DNA from: a virus | Lineage: Duplodnaviria > Caudoviricetes | DNA: 64,000 nt | Virus record (IMG/VR): IMGVR_UViG_3300029305_011823 | Strand: one strand, 5' to 3' | Part shown: positions 1 through 9,733 of the stretch, piece after piece | Numbering within the stretch: position 1 is the stretch's first letter | Layout of the letters: each line of letters opens with the position of its first letter | Made by a program: the position numbers and the translations under genes | Notes under the pieces: model-generated | Database searches by the model: none | Seen by the model: the letters and a program-made list of their open reading frames with translations, nothing else | What the model was told of the DNA's origin: nothing

Positions 1-517
1 ATTCACCTAGAACACAACATCCTGGTTCATAGAATTTCATTGTGATTTCTAACACGTCATTATATTTTTCATACCATTTATTAAACATTCCTTCTGGTGG
101 TCCCCAAGGAGTTTCACAGAAACAAGATAATTCTAATTTCATTTTACAATCATCATCTGGTATACTATTTACGAATGATTCATTAAATATTTCATTATCT
201 TCGTTTTCATGTTCACCGTAAACTATTTTAACACCTTCTTCATCTTCATGTTCTATTGATAATTGAATACATTGTTCATAAGAAGGGGACCATTTACATC
301 CCCAATTAGCTAATCTCCAATTGTACCATTCACTAAATACTTCACCTTTTTCATCTAATGGTGTTGGACAGAACTGTTCAAAATCTAATATATAAGCATA
401 CTCATTACTATCTTCTTTATAAGGATATTTATTAGTTCTGAAATTCTCTTGTATGAATTGTTTTACATCTTTTCCTTTACCATTTACTATTATATTATTA
501 GCACACCAGTTTGGCAT
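1..517 (-). CDS. YubB/DUF1281-like ferredoxin-fold domain protein (3' end outside window; not in ORF track)
   Basis: My translation: MPNWCANNIIVNGKGKDVKQF...LDFEQFCPTP...WYNWRLANWGCKW...CETPWGPP...KFYEPG, the MPNWCxN / WYxWRxxxWGxKW / TxWxPP / YEPG motifs of this family; GGAGG RBS at 526-530. Confidence 0.8.
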   Translation of the reverse strand, partial: MPNWCANNIIVNGKGKDVKQFIQENFRTNKYPYKEDSNEYAYILDFEQFCPTPLDEKGEVFSEWYNWRLANWGCKWSPSYEQCIQLSIEHEDEEGVKIVYGEHENEDNEIFNESFVNSIPDDDCKMKLELSCFCETPWGPPEGMFNKWYEKYNDVLEITMKFYEPGCCVLGE

Positions 518-561
518 ATGCATTACCTCCATTTAATTTAATTTTTTATTTATATTTTTAT

Positions 562-1551
562 TTACTTATTTTCATTCATAAATTTTTCATGCATTTTTGT
601 TAATGCTGCATACATTTTAGCTAATGTGAAATTATCACCATTGTTTGCTAATCCATAAATTGTATTTGATATACTTCCATATGTTACATTATATTTAAAA
701 GGATTATTACTATTAAATGCCACTTCACCTTCAGGCACTTCTTTAAGTTCTAAATCAATCTTAACTGGGAAATTATCTTTCATGTCATATAACATATTGC
801 ATACATCTATAACCATTGCATGACAATCTAACCATTTACGCACACATAACATTTCTGTGTATCTTTGTAAACTCTTTTCAGCAGTTATATGCTGTACATA
901 TTTATCTTCAGATAAATCTTCAGGATCATCTTGATATCTTGCATATATTAAGAATTCATTTTCATCAGCCCAATGTGCTCTTACACTTAAATTATATTTG
1001 CTTCTCCAAGCATTAAGAATTTCTACAGGGAAAGCATATGTGAAAAATTCTATTTCTAACATTGATGAAAGATTCATTCGTCTTATTAATTCATCTTGAT
1101 CTTTGCGTGAATTAACACTTCCTAATGAGAAATAATTAAAGAACTCACTCATAAATTCTTTAGGTCTTTTTACAAACTCATCTTTAAAACATACTTCTTT
1201 TTCATATACTTTAGTTACATCAAAGAAGCAACCGTGATTTTGAATTTCGAATTCATATATATTTTTAGGTCTTTCATCATAATCATAATATTCGTCATCA
1301 TAATATTCTTTATATTCAACATTGGATACAAATACTTTTGTATTAATACATATATCTTTAAGATTAACACCATATTGATCTTTCATAAATAATTCATCAT
1401 GTTCTTTCATCAATTTACCAAAATCTAAGCCAACTATAAATTTAACTCCAACATCACTTACTTCAGAGAACTCCATATTGTCTACCATAAATTTCATTAT
1501 TTCCTTTACAGGACCATTGAATCTAACATTACATTTATGCATTTTATTCAT
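562..1551 (-). CDS. hypothetical protein, probable diverged paralog of the downstream YubB-like gene
   Basis: 329-aa ORF with AGGAGG RBS; shares CN..NG..K...F...N, LDF and LE..F.T...P....W..KY patterns with 1..517. Confidence 0.6.
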   Translation of the reverse strand: MNKMHKCNVRFNGPVKEIMKFMVDNMEFSEVSDVGVKFIVGLDFGKLMKEHDELFMKDQYGVNLKDICINTKVFVSNVEYKEYYDDEYYDYDERPKNIYEFEIQNHGCFFDVTKVYEKEVCFKDEFVKRPKEFMSEFFNYFSLGSVNSRKDQDELIRRMNLSSMLEIEFFTYAFPVEILNAWRSKYNLSVRAHWADENEFLIYARYQDDPEDLSEDKYVQHITAEKSLQRYTEMLCVRKWLDCHAMVIDVCNMLYDMKDNFPVKIDLELKEVPEGEVAFNSNNPFKYNVTYGSISNTIYGLANNGDNFTLAKMYAALTKMHEKFMNENK

Positions 1552-1622
1552 AATTATTTACCTCCTAAAATTTTATTATAATATTTTGTTATACGAAAAA
1601 TTCAATTTTAAGCAAATAAAAT

Positions 1623-1649
1623 AAGGTATAGACAAATTGTCTATACCTT
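1623..1649. terminator. intrinsic terminator hairpin
   Basis: AAGGTATAGACAA-a-TTGTCTATACCTT inverted repeat just after the 1658..2119 stop. Confidence 0.7.
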
Positions 1650-1657
1650 TATATATC

Positions 1658-2119
1658 TTAAAGCTTACTTTGATTGTAGCTTGCACCTCTTCTTTGATTG
1701 TTATTATTGTTATTATTGTTCTTGTTAACATTTCCTTGTTTTAAGATTATTCTTTCATATAATGCTAATAAGCTATCAACACCTTCTTCTATCTTAGCTA
1801 AGCTAGGTGTTAAATCTGAACTAGATGCTATCTTAATAGCTTCTATTATGTTTATAACTTCTCTTAATTTTCTATCTACTTCAACTTTGTTTTGCATTTT
1901 AGCATTGATCTTGCAACCACAGATTCTACATACTAAAACACCGTCTTCTTGTCCTTGTTGTACTGCTGGTCTACCGTGACCATCTTTATGGTCACATCTA
2001 AATCTAATTTGTTTATCTCTTCTATCTAAGTTTTGTCTATCTATTTTCATTTGTCTTAATTCATCTGCTATTCTATTTCCATTTCCTTGATTTTGGTTAT
2101 TGTTATTTAATTGGCTCAT
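1658..2119 (-). CDS. hypothetical protein with CxH...CxxC zinc-ribbon-like motif and Asn-rich termini
   Basis: RCDH...CRICG; poly-N at both ends; AGGAGG RBS. Confidence 0.7.
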   Translation of the reverse strand: MSQLNNNNQNQGNGNRIADELRQMKIDRQNLDRRDKQIRFRCDHKDGHGRPAVQQGQEDGVLVCRICGCKINAKMQNKVEVDRKLREVINIIEAIKIASSSDLTPSLAKIEEGVDSLLALYERIILKQGNVNKNNNNNNNNQRRGASYNQSKL

Positions 2120-2174
2120 ACTTGTTACCTCCTAATAATTTTAATATATTTTTTTATTCTGGATCATAGAAATT

Positions 2175-2303
2175 AATATATTATTATTTCTATTCACTAT
2201 TATAATATAGCATTGAAATTCTACGTTTTACACTTTTAATAATATATTAATATTTCTATTCACCTATATAATATAGCATTGAAAATCTCATCAATTACAC
2301 TTT
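2175..2303 (-). promoter_or_regulatory. two tandem early-type promoters (TATATTAT-N6-G) within a 66-bp-period direct repeat
   Basis: Near-identical copies at 2175-2236 and 2241-2303; minus-strand TATATTAT at 2202-2209 and 2268-2275, each followed by N6 and G (2195, 2261). Confidence 0.65.
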
Positions 2304-2331
2304 AGAAATTTGTTTATCAATATATAAATTT

Positions 2332-2610
2332 TTAGTCTAAAATATCTCTTAGTACTATAGGTTTTCCTATATCTTTTACTGTATACACTTGAACTATTTC
2401 AGATACATCTAAATACGAAACGGCTTCTCCTCCCATTGTATCTTTATGATATAATTTAAGAATCTCCATTCCTCCAATTGTTACAAAATCTTCTGCTTTT
2501 AAAGCATAACGGCTCCAATAAAATTTAGTTCCATTCGCCATTCTCATACCGACTATATGATCAAAACCTCCTGCATCATTAGCTATAGCTTCAACTACTG
2601 ATTTTGTCAT
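2332..2610 (-). CDS. hypothetical protein
   Basis: 92-aa ORF with AAAGGTGG RBS; ATGA overlap with upstream small ORF. Confidence 0.7.
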   Translation of the reverse strand: MTKSVVEAIANDAGGFDHIVGMRMANGTKFYWSRYALKAEDFVTIGGMEILKLYHKDTMGGEAVSYLDVSEIVQVYTVKDIGKPIVLRDILD

Positions 2611-2777
2611 TTTCTTTTACCACCTTTCTTCTTTTTTCTTTTACCTTTACCATGTTTCTCAATACCTAATTGTTTCATAATTCTTTCAATTCTTTCCTCT
2701 TTGGTCTCAGGAGGAGACCAATTAGTTTTACTCCTTCCTGTACCTCTAAAGGTTTTTTCTAAGTTTTTAGGTATCAT
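2607..2777 (-). CDS. small basic protein (56 aa; not in ORF track)
   Basis: MIPKNLEKTFRGTGRSKTNWSPPETKEERIERIMKQLGIEKHGKGKRKKKKGGKRK; AAGGAG RBS; stop overlaps next start (ATGA). Confidence 0.7.
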   Translation of the reverse strand: MIPKNLEKTFRGTGRSKTNWSPPETKEERIERIMKQLGIEKHGKGKRKKKKGGKRK

Positions 2778-2789
2778 AATATCAACTCC

Positions 2790-3980
2790 TTAATACGCAT
2801 ATATTAAACCTTCTCTTGCCCTAGTTATTCCTGTATAGTTCAATTTGTTTTGAATATCTCTATCACCTCTTCCAAATGGTTCTGACATAAATAACACATT
2901 TTCTGCTTGAGAACCTTGGGATAAATGTACTGTAATACAATCTCCAAATTCAAACATATCATACACAGAATAACCTTTTTTATAAACTCCATTATCTGTT
3001 TGTATACTTTGGATTAAAGTTTTATAATCTATTCTTACATTATTAAATATTAATTGATCGTTGAAATCTGGTGAAAAGGATATATCAACTGTTCTTGTAT
3101 TATATGTTGACTTATTTACGTCAACAACATAACCCAACATACCATTTACTAGATATACACCGTCACCGATAATTCTATTTCTATTATTTTTACGACAAAT
3201 TAATTTTTCTCCTACAACTGGTAAATCTGAATCAATACCTCTTAATTCTTCTCTTATATATTTATTAATTCTAGCTCTACTAGCATTAGTTGGTGTTAAT
3301 ATCATATCTGCTTTTAATAACATATTATCATTAACCTTATCCTTTGGTATAACATAACATTTATCCCCATATTTACCATAAGGAATAGGTTCACCTCTAG
3401 ATGCTAATTGACTTAAATATATTATAGGATTACCTTCTGCCTGTCGCATTATTTTTGTCAGTACATAATCAGGTCTAATAAGGTATTTAGTTCCTCCTAT
3501 AACTGGGGGAAGTTGTTGTAAATCTCCTAGACAAATGATAGGGATGTTAAAAGACTCTATGTCAACTCCAAATGATTCATTTACCATAGGAGCTTCATCT
3601 ATTACTATCAATTTGATATTTCTAGGAATTTTTTCCTTCTTTATAAATTCAGGTCTTGTAACAACTTTCCCATTCTTTATAACTGGTTTTCCGTCATCAT
3701 CTTTTACAGGTACAAAATCTATATCGTAGAAAGCACTATGTATAGTTCTACCATTTACACCACTTCTGGTTAATTGTAGAGCCGCTTTCCCGACATAAGC
3801 GACAAATAAAACATCTTCCATATTCAATCCTAGGTTCTGAATTATAGTTCTAACTATAGTCGTCTTACCCGAACCTGCAGGACCGCTTATCTCAAATGTC
3901 TGTTTAGACGAATAATTGTTAAACCATTTAACTGCCATTTTAACACATTCGTCTTGTTGGTCATTTAAGACTATTCCCAT
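2790..3980 (-). CDS. Dda/RecD-like SF1B DNA helicase
   Basis: Walker A GPAGSGKTT, IVIDEA, GDLQQLPP, RQAEGNPI, ITVHLSQGS, YTGITRA. Confidence 0.9.
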   Translation of the reverse strand: MGIVLNDQQDECVKMAVKWFNNYSSKQTFEISGPAGSGKTTIVRTIIQNLGLNMEDVLFVAYVGKAALQLTRSGVNGRTIHSAFYDIDFVPVKDDDGKPVIKNGKVVTRPEFIKKEKIPRNIKLIVIDEAPMVNESFGVDIESFNIPIICLGDLQQLPPVIGGTKYLIRPDYVLTKIMRQAEGNPIIYLSQLASRGEPIPYGKYGDKCYVIPKDKVNDNMLLKADMILTPTNASRARINKYIREELRGIDSDLPVVGEKLICRKNNRNRIIGDGVYLVNGMLGYVVDVNKSTYNTRTVDISFSPDFNDQLIFNNVRIDYKTLIQSIQTDNGVYKKGYSVYDMFEFGDCITVHLSQGSQAENVLFMSEPFGRGDRDIQNKLNYTGITRAREGLIYAY

Positions 3981-4068
3981 ATACTTACCTCCTTTAAAAC
4001 GGAATCAATACATATTTGTCTATTAAATTATACAATATTATAATTATTAAATTTTAAGGAGGAATAAA

Positions 4069-4515
4069 ATGGATTTATCAAATTTAGAGGAATTGCAGGT
4101 TAATTTATTGGAATATTGTACTGTAGCAGAGAAAACTTATTTACCTGCTGAAACTGTTAAAGTATATATACCTAAGTTAACTGTTGATACGAGTAAAACC
4201 ACTGTCAGAGCACAGGAGTCTATATTGGTTAATGATCCTGAATGTAAACCAAAAGTTGTTAATCCTATCAAATTATCGGATACTATAACAGTTAAAACAT
4301 TCTCAGGATTAGAACTGTCTAAATCTGCAGTTTTAAAGAAAAAAGAATGTGGATGTAAAGTAGTAAACCACGTTTTAATAAAAGACTGTCTAGGTGACGA
4401 AATGACATTTATAGATGGTCATATAGTTGAAGCATATCTACCGAAAGGTGCTAAGATGATTGTATGTTTTATGAACGGAAATATAAATGATGCATATTTG
4501 ACAAACTTCCTATAA
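4069..4515 (+). CDS. putative baseplate protein (gp5 N-terminal OB-fold-like)
   Basis: VKVYIP...LPKGAKMIVCFMNGNIN resembles the P..G..V.V.F.nG pattern of gp5 OB folds; adjacent to a gp53-like gene; assignment is inference. Confidence 0.45.
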   Translation: MDLSNLEELQVNLLEYCTVAEKTYLPAETVKVYIPKLTVDTSKTTVRAQESILVNDPECKPKVVNPIKLSDTITVKTFSGLELSKSAVLKKKECGCKVVNHVLIKDCLGDEMTFIDGHIVEAYLPKGAKMIVCFMNGNINDAYLTNFL

Positions 4516-4526
4516 GAGGTGATTAA

Positions 4527-4973
4527 ATGGCTAGAAGTAATTTTAGAAATAGATCTACAATGAAAGAAGTAATTGAAGAGGGATTAGAACTAAAAATGAC
4601 AATAAAGGATTTATGCTTTAAAGAAGTAATTACAAACAGTTCGGGTGATATGTTTGTAATTAATATGTATAACCTTTATGAAAAATATTATGAACTATTA
4701 CTAGAAGATGTTACGACTGTAGTATTAACTGAACAAGAATATCTTAAATATAGATATCAACCAAGATTATTAGCTAAAGACCTTTATGGTAATCCTGATA
4801 TATATTATTTATTATTACGTCTTAACTATGTTTATTCTGTAATAAACTTTGATTTTAAAGAAGTTAGAGTATTCAAACCTTCAATTGTTTCATTGTTAAA
4901 TGAAATTTTAGTAATGGAATCTGAAGATTATATAGACAACGAAATGTCGGTACTTAAGAAGATAAATGAGTAG
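4527..4973 (+). CDS. putative baseplate wedge protein (T4 gp53/LysM-like)
   Basis: YRYQPRLLAKDLYGNPDIYYLLLRLN matches the P..LA..LYG....W.IL..N motif. Confidence 0.6.
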   Translation: MARSNFRNRSTMKEVIEEGLELKMTIKDLCFKEVITNSSGDMFVINMYNLYEKYYELLLEDVTTVVLTEQEYLKYRYQPRLLAKDLYGNPDIYYLLLRLNYVYSVINFDFKEVRVFKPSIVSLLNEILVMESEDYIDNEMSVLKKINE

Positions 4974-4992
4974 TGTATACTCATTTATCTTC
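4958..4992. terminator. bidirectional terminator hairpin between convergent genes
   Basis: GAAGATAAATGAGTA/TACTCATTTATCTTC inverted repeat. Confidence 0.7.
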
Positions 4993-5001
4993 GTTTTGTT
5001 G

Positions 5002-5087
5002 TATTGAGACCGACTGATATAAAAATACCAATCGAAAGAATAACTTTCGCTATTCCCTACCCATAAACTGCATGGATAATCTCAATA
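5002..5087 (-). ncRNA. candidate structured RNA, four-way junction
   Basis: 8-bp closing stem plus three hairpins (8, 8 and 11 bp; one GAAA tetraloop); all 7 non-WC pairs are G-U on the minus strand. Confidence 0.6.
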
Positions 5088-5146
5088 TAAAAATATAAAA
5101 TAATAAAAAATTAATTCTAAATATTCATCATTTGTTTATTGTGTTA

Positions 5147-7087
5147 CTAAGCTGCTATCATACCTGCTAATGCAGGATTTCCAAAACCACTATCTGGTAA
5201 TGTATCTAAAACGTTTCCTTCTCTATTTAAATTACATTCAGGTGTTACTGTTACTTGCTTTTTCTTACTAGGTTTATCAAATAATCCAGTTGTATTACTT
5301 TGTTTAGTTTTAGGTAATTGAGACTTATCACCTTTAAATTCTAATTCTTTTACTGTTAACCAAATAGGTTTACCATGTTCATCAAATAAATCGTAATCTT
5401 TTTGGAATGCTATCTGACTTCCTTCAACATAAGGTATAAAACATCTTGCCGCATTATGTCTACCTGCTCTTGATTTTATAACTAATGCCTCTAAATGTGT
5501 AAATTTGATAGCATCTGATAATTCATCTCTCTCATAATTTTCTGATGTTTGTGCAAATACTAATGCGAAATCGGCACATTCAACAACACCTTTTGATTCT
5601 GAGAATACTGTCTCAGGACAATCTTTAGGTATTACACTTGTCTCCATTTTTCCTCTTGCTTTGAAAACTTCGTTACTCATTTCAACTTTAACTTGTGATG
5701 CTGTTATAACTGCAACGTCACATTCTATTGCTAAAGCACGTAAATCTGAAGTTATATTATCTATTCTTATTCTGTTTTCAACATGGTTTTCAACTGGTTT
5801 AAATCCTTTAAGATAATCGGCAATTACTGCTACTACTTGTAATTTTTCTGACTCTCTTAATATTTCTATATCTCTTATTATTTCATTTTTAGAATATGAA
5901 TTATTTGGAACTTGTATAAATCTTATTCTAGTTGGTGTATGTCTTGATAATATTCTACTTGCTTCAACTAATTCATTTTCTATTTCTTCATTACTTAATC
6001 TCATTTTTTCTCTTGTTAATTCATCTTCCCAAGATATATCTGTACCAGTTAACATTTTTATATATCTACCTTTTATATCTTCTACACCTGTTTCTGCAGA
6101 AATGTATAATATACATGGTGTTAATCCTGGTTCATGTTTAACTTGTGGATTATATAATGCCATATCTATTGCAGAACTTATCATCATTGTAGTTTTACCG
6201 TTTCCTGATGGAGCACCGTAAACCATAAGTTGTTTTGACTCTAATCCTCCACCTGTTATCATATTTAACCAACGATGACCAAATCTAAATTTATTACAAC
6301 CATTTACTTGTAATTGTAAGTTTCTTTGGTTCTCATCTCTACATTCTTCTTCATTTAAGTTTGCTGTAAATCCTGTTTCTAACGCACTTTTTCCTACTTT
6401 ATTATCCATATTTAATCTATAGAATTTTTGTCTATTTCTCTCTATTTTTTTCTTTAAATTTATATAATCTTCTTCAACGTCTTTACCTTCTCTCAATCCA
6501 TCGATTGTAGCTTGTAAAGCTTCATAATCTTCACATTGTTCAAATAAGAATTTATTTTTTGATATTCTATTTACCATATAATTAAATGCTGATTCTGAAA
6601 GATATTTATACATATCTGAATCACTCATATGTCCTAAATATTCATCTATCGGTAATTCTTTTTTAACATGATTTACTAAATCTAAATATCCTATTTCTTT
6701 TTCCACTCCTGTATCGCAATAATCTAGAAACGCATATCCCGAACATATACCTTTATTTCTAGCGTCTATTGCTGTTTTACACCATTGAATCATATCATAT
6801 ATCTTAACATCTTTAATGTGTTTTAATGTTAATTGATTTACAAATGTCTCTAATAATCCTGTTATATAATTACTTTTCTTTGGATATTCGTCAAATAAGA
6901 AATATAAAACCATATCCTTTATTATAAATTCAGGCAGACCCTGTAATAACTGTTCCGTATCAGTTTTCTTCATTTTATTATAATTCTCTAAGAATTTATT
7001 TTTTCCACTTGTTTGTATTAAGCTATTTCCTGAAACTGTTCCATCTCCATGGAATGTTACGGGTGCTTGTAAATTGTTATTATCCAT
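5147..7087 (-). CDS. DnaB-like (SF4) replicative helicase
   Basis: GAPSGNGKTT, VIADYL, ITASQ, FSES, IKSRAG SF4 motifs. Confidence 0.88.
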   Translation of the reverse strand: MDNNNLQAPVTFHGDGTVSGNSLIQTSGKNKFLENYNKMKKTDTEQLLQGLPEFIIKDMVLYFLFDEYPKKSNYITGLLETFVNQLTLKHIKDVKIYDMIQWCKTAIDARNKGICSGYAFLDYCDTGVEKEIGYLDLVNHVKKELPIDEYLGHMSDSDMYKYLSESAFNYMVNRISKNKFLFEQCEDYEALQATIDGLREGKDVEEDYINLKKKIERNRQKFYRLNMDNKVGKSALETGFTANLNEEECRDENQRNLQLQVNGCNKFRFGHRWLNMITGGGLESKQLMVYGAPSGNGKTTMMISSAIDMALYNPQVKHEPGLTPCILYISAETGVEDIKGRYIKMLTGTDISWEDELTREKMRLSNEEIENELVEASRILSRHTPTRIRFIQVPNNSYSKNEIIRDIEILRESEKLQVVAVIADYLKGFKPVENHVENRIRIDNITSDLRALAIECDVAVITASQVKVEMSNEVFKARGKMETSVIPKDCPETVFSESKGVVECADFALVFAQTSENYERDELSDAIKFTHLEALVIKSRAGRHNAARCFIPYVEGSQIAFQKDYDLFDEHGKPIWLTVKELEFKGDKSQLPKTKQSNTTGLFDKPSKKKQVTVTPECNLNREGNVLDTLPDSGFGNPALAGMIAA

Positions 7088-7205
7088 AATTATATTCTCC
7101 CTTCCGTATTTGAAAATTCAAATTTCTTTTTATAATATCAGTTTGTTAATAATAAAATATAATTTTATTCAATCGTTATAATAATGTTATTAAATAAAAA
7201 ATCAC

Positions 7206-7236
7206 TGCTTCAGAGCCGTCTACTAGCTCTGAAGCA
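7206..7236 (-). terminator. intrinsic terminator hairpin
   Basis: TGCTTCAGAGC/GCTCTGAAGCA, with a T-run downstream on the minus strand, after the SbcD-like gene. Confidence 0.7.
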
Positions 7237-7238
7237 TT

Positions 7239-8384
7239 TTATTTAACAGCGTTTCCTGATATCATTGACCTGATCCTGTCTAAACTTATTTCTTTTCCTG
7301 TTTTAAGTTTTATATATTCTTGTATCTTCTCATCGTAGCCTACAGATTTATCGAATATGAAATTATACTTATCCATCAATAAACTAACCTTTTCTTTTAA
7401 CTCTTTATCTAATTTAAGTTTACTATTTTCTATAATCTGTAATTTAACATTTTTCATGTCATTAAATACTACATTCATACTATCAACAAATGTTGCTGAA
7501 TTGATCATATCTTCTGGTGTATATATTTTTATTCTAAGATAATCTCTACAATAATTCTTAACAAGATTTTTGAAATAGTTTATTTGCTCGTTTACCATAT
7601 AACTAAATACGCAGTTATTAGGTTTAATTTCTATTGTATCGTATTTCATAGTTAATTCATTTTCAATAAATGTGAAATCCGTTTCTTTAGTTTCTTCATC
7701 AAAATCTACTATATAAAATCCTTTAGCTTCTTCTTCACCAAATCTACTTCTAACTAAACTTCCTGTATATTGAATTCTATCTCTTATTCTTTGAGCTGTA
7801 TGAATATGACCAAATACTATAGGTCCTTCGCATATTTCTTCCATCTCTTTAGAATTAAATATTGGATATTTCTTCATTCCTGTATGTTGTTTAGTTGAGA
7901 AATTAGTTTCTTCAAACATACCATGACCAAATACTAATTGATATTTTTTATTGAAATATTCTTTATAATATTCTTTAGAATCTTCCATATATTCTTCAGG
8001 TATATATAAAACATTCATACCTGGGAATATTTCCTCTTCGTCAACTGTTAAAATAAGTTTATAATCACATTTACTACTATTCGCTATTTGTGCTAAATTC
8101 TTTAATTGATTCTCAGGGTCATGTGAATTAGTACCTTTAATTTGTCTAACTTTAATACCTTTTTCTTCACATGATTTAATTAAATCTGAAAATGCTTTTA
8201 CTGAATATACTGAATGAGCACTAGCCATAGATAATTTAGTATCGTAATAATCTCCTGCTATAACCACACAGTCGATAGCATTATCTTCAATTGTGTGTAA
8301 TATTAATTGAAACTCTTTGTATAATAATTCAGGAGGGTAATACCCAAAATGGATATCACCCACTACTAAAAATCTTTTCATCAA
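7239..8384 (-). CDS. SbcD/Mre11-like metallophosphoesterase nuclease
   Basis: GDIHFG, AGDYYD, GTNSHD, GHG, GHIH, YTGSL motifs. Confidence 0.88.
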   Translation of the reverse strand: MMKRFLVVGDIHFGYYPPELLYKEFQLILHTIEDNAIDCVVIAGDYYDTKLSMASAHSVYSVKAFSDLIKSCEEKGIKVRQIKGTNSHDPENQLKNLAQIANSSKCDYKLILTVDEEEIFPGMNVLYIPEEYMEDSKEYYKEYFNKKYQLVFGHGMFEETNFSTKQHTGMKKYPIFNSKEMEEICEGPIVFGHIHTAQRIRDRIQYTGSLVRSRFGEEEAKGFYIVDFDEETKETDFTFIENELTMKYDTIEIKPNNCVFSYMVNEQINYFKNLVKNYCRDYLRIKIYTPEDMINSATFVDSMNVVFNDMKNVKLQIIENSKLKLDKELKEKVSLLMDKYNFIFDKSVGYDEKIQEYIKLKTGKEISLDRIRSMISGNAVK

Positions 8385-9028
8385 AGCATATCACCCCATT
8401 CTTCATTTAATTCATAAACCATATAAAACGTATTCATTAATGAGTTAAATAAATCTATATAAGGTTGCATTTCTTCTACTGACATTACCTTAAGTTTGAC
8501 TCCTTCTTCACTAACTCTAGCTATTGCAACTTGTTCTACTTTTATATCGTTATATTCTAATAATTGTATATAAGCTCCTAATTGTATAAAATGAGATGAA
8601 TAAAATCTCTTAGATGTTTTAAAATCTAATATTGTTAATTTTTCTTCTAATTCACATAATAAATCTATAGTTCCACCATATAGTTCACAACTGAATGATT
8701 TTTCTCCCCATATCGGTTTGACTTTATATTCTTCTAGAAATACTTTAAATCCGTCAATATATTCTTTAATAAGCTCAACTGTTCCTGGTTGACTTATATC
8801 AAATTTCTTTCCTTCCTTAAACATAAATTCATGCAATAACTCATGGACAAATGTCCCATGATCTGCTTTTTCTTCCAATACTTGTTTGTAAGATTGTCTT
8901 TTCCAACCTAAACTATTAGCCCACATAGGAATAGCTGGCTTATTTAAGACTTTCATTATAGTTGTAACTGATGGAACTTCTTCCATCTTTTTATTCATAT
9001 AAGTTGAATGATCAGAATATTTCCCCAT
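8381..9028 (-). CDS. PD-(D/E)XK exonuclease
   Basis: PSVTTI, GTFVH, YGGTIDLL, ILDFKTS, QLGAY. Confidence 0.85.
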   Translation of the reverse strand: MGKYSDHSTYMNKKMEEVPSVTTIMKVLNKPAIPMWANSLGWKRQSYKQVLEEKADHGTFVHELLHEFMFKEGKKFDISQPGTVELIKEYIDGFKVFLEEYKVKPIWGEKSFSCELYGGTIDLLCELEEKLTILDFKTSKRFYSSHFIQLGAYIQLLEYNDIKVEQVAIARVSEEGVKLKVMSVEEMQPYIDLFNSLMNTFYMVYELNEEWGDML

Positions 9029-9045
9029 ATATTTTTACCTCCTAA

Positions 9046-9246
9046 TTAATCCCAATGTGTTACATCTTTTATATCATTTTCATCAGCCCAACCACCTGCA
9101 AACTCTACTCTTGTTATACTTACAATATAATCTGGGTCTTTATCAATTTTACCCGTGTTTATTATTTGCCAAATATTATATGCTTTAACAAACTCTGTTG
9201 TATAATCACTATATATTATACACCATATACCTAAACTATTAGCCAT
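9046..9246 (-). CDS. hypothetical protein
   Basis: 66-aa ORF with GGAGG RBS, in operon. Confidence 0.65.
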   Translation of the reverse strand: MANSLGIWCIIYSDYTTEFVKAYNIWQIINTGKIDKDPDYIVSITRVEFAGGWADENDIKDVTHWD

Positions 9247-9260
9247 TTATTTGTACCTCC

Positions 9261-9596
9261 TTATATTTCGTCTTCTTTAAATTGATAATAGCTTCCGTGT
9301 ATTTGACAGAATTTTGCAAACATGTCTCTAAAATATTTTTTACATAAATCATTATTCTCTTTTGTATAAGCCATTTGAGAAGTTAATATTTTATAACCAT
9401 TAACTATATTTACAATATCTTGTCTTAGATCTTGTTTTACTCTCTCAGGTAAATACATTCTTTCTAATATTTCTTCAATATTATCTCCTTCAACTCTTAT
9501 TTTGTAAGTTTGTTTTTCAGGTAATTCCTCTACATACATTAAATCAGTTTTTATTAAATGCTCAAATCTATAAAGCGTAAATGTTGTTCTCTTCAT
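9261..9596 (-). CDS. hypothetical protein (start revised to MKRTTF)
   Basis: AGGAGG RBS precedes ATG at 9596. Confidence 0.65.
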   Translation of the reverse strand: MKRTTFTLYRFEHLIKTDLMYVEELPEKQTYKIRVEGDNIEEILERMYLPERVKQDLRQDIVNIVNGYKILTSQMAYTKENNDLCKKYFRDMFAKFCQIHGSYYQFKEDEI

Positions 9597-9733
9597 ATCA
9601 TTTCCTCCTATATTATTCAAATTACAGTAATGTTCTATAGTTGATATAATTTCATTCAAATGTGTTTATTGTTATAATATATAAAATTTCATAGAAACCA
9701 TATAATTAATTATCAACAGTACAACAACTTATT

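Noticed and set aside
5002-5087. tRNA gene
   Set aside because: Cloverleaf-like, but arm lengths are wrong and there is no TTC/GG loop consensus or CCA
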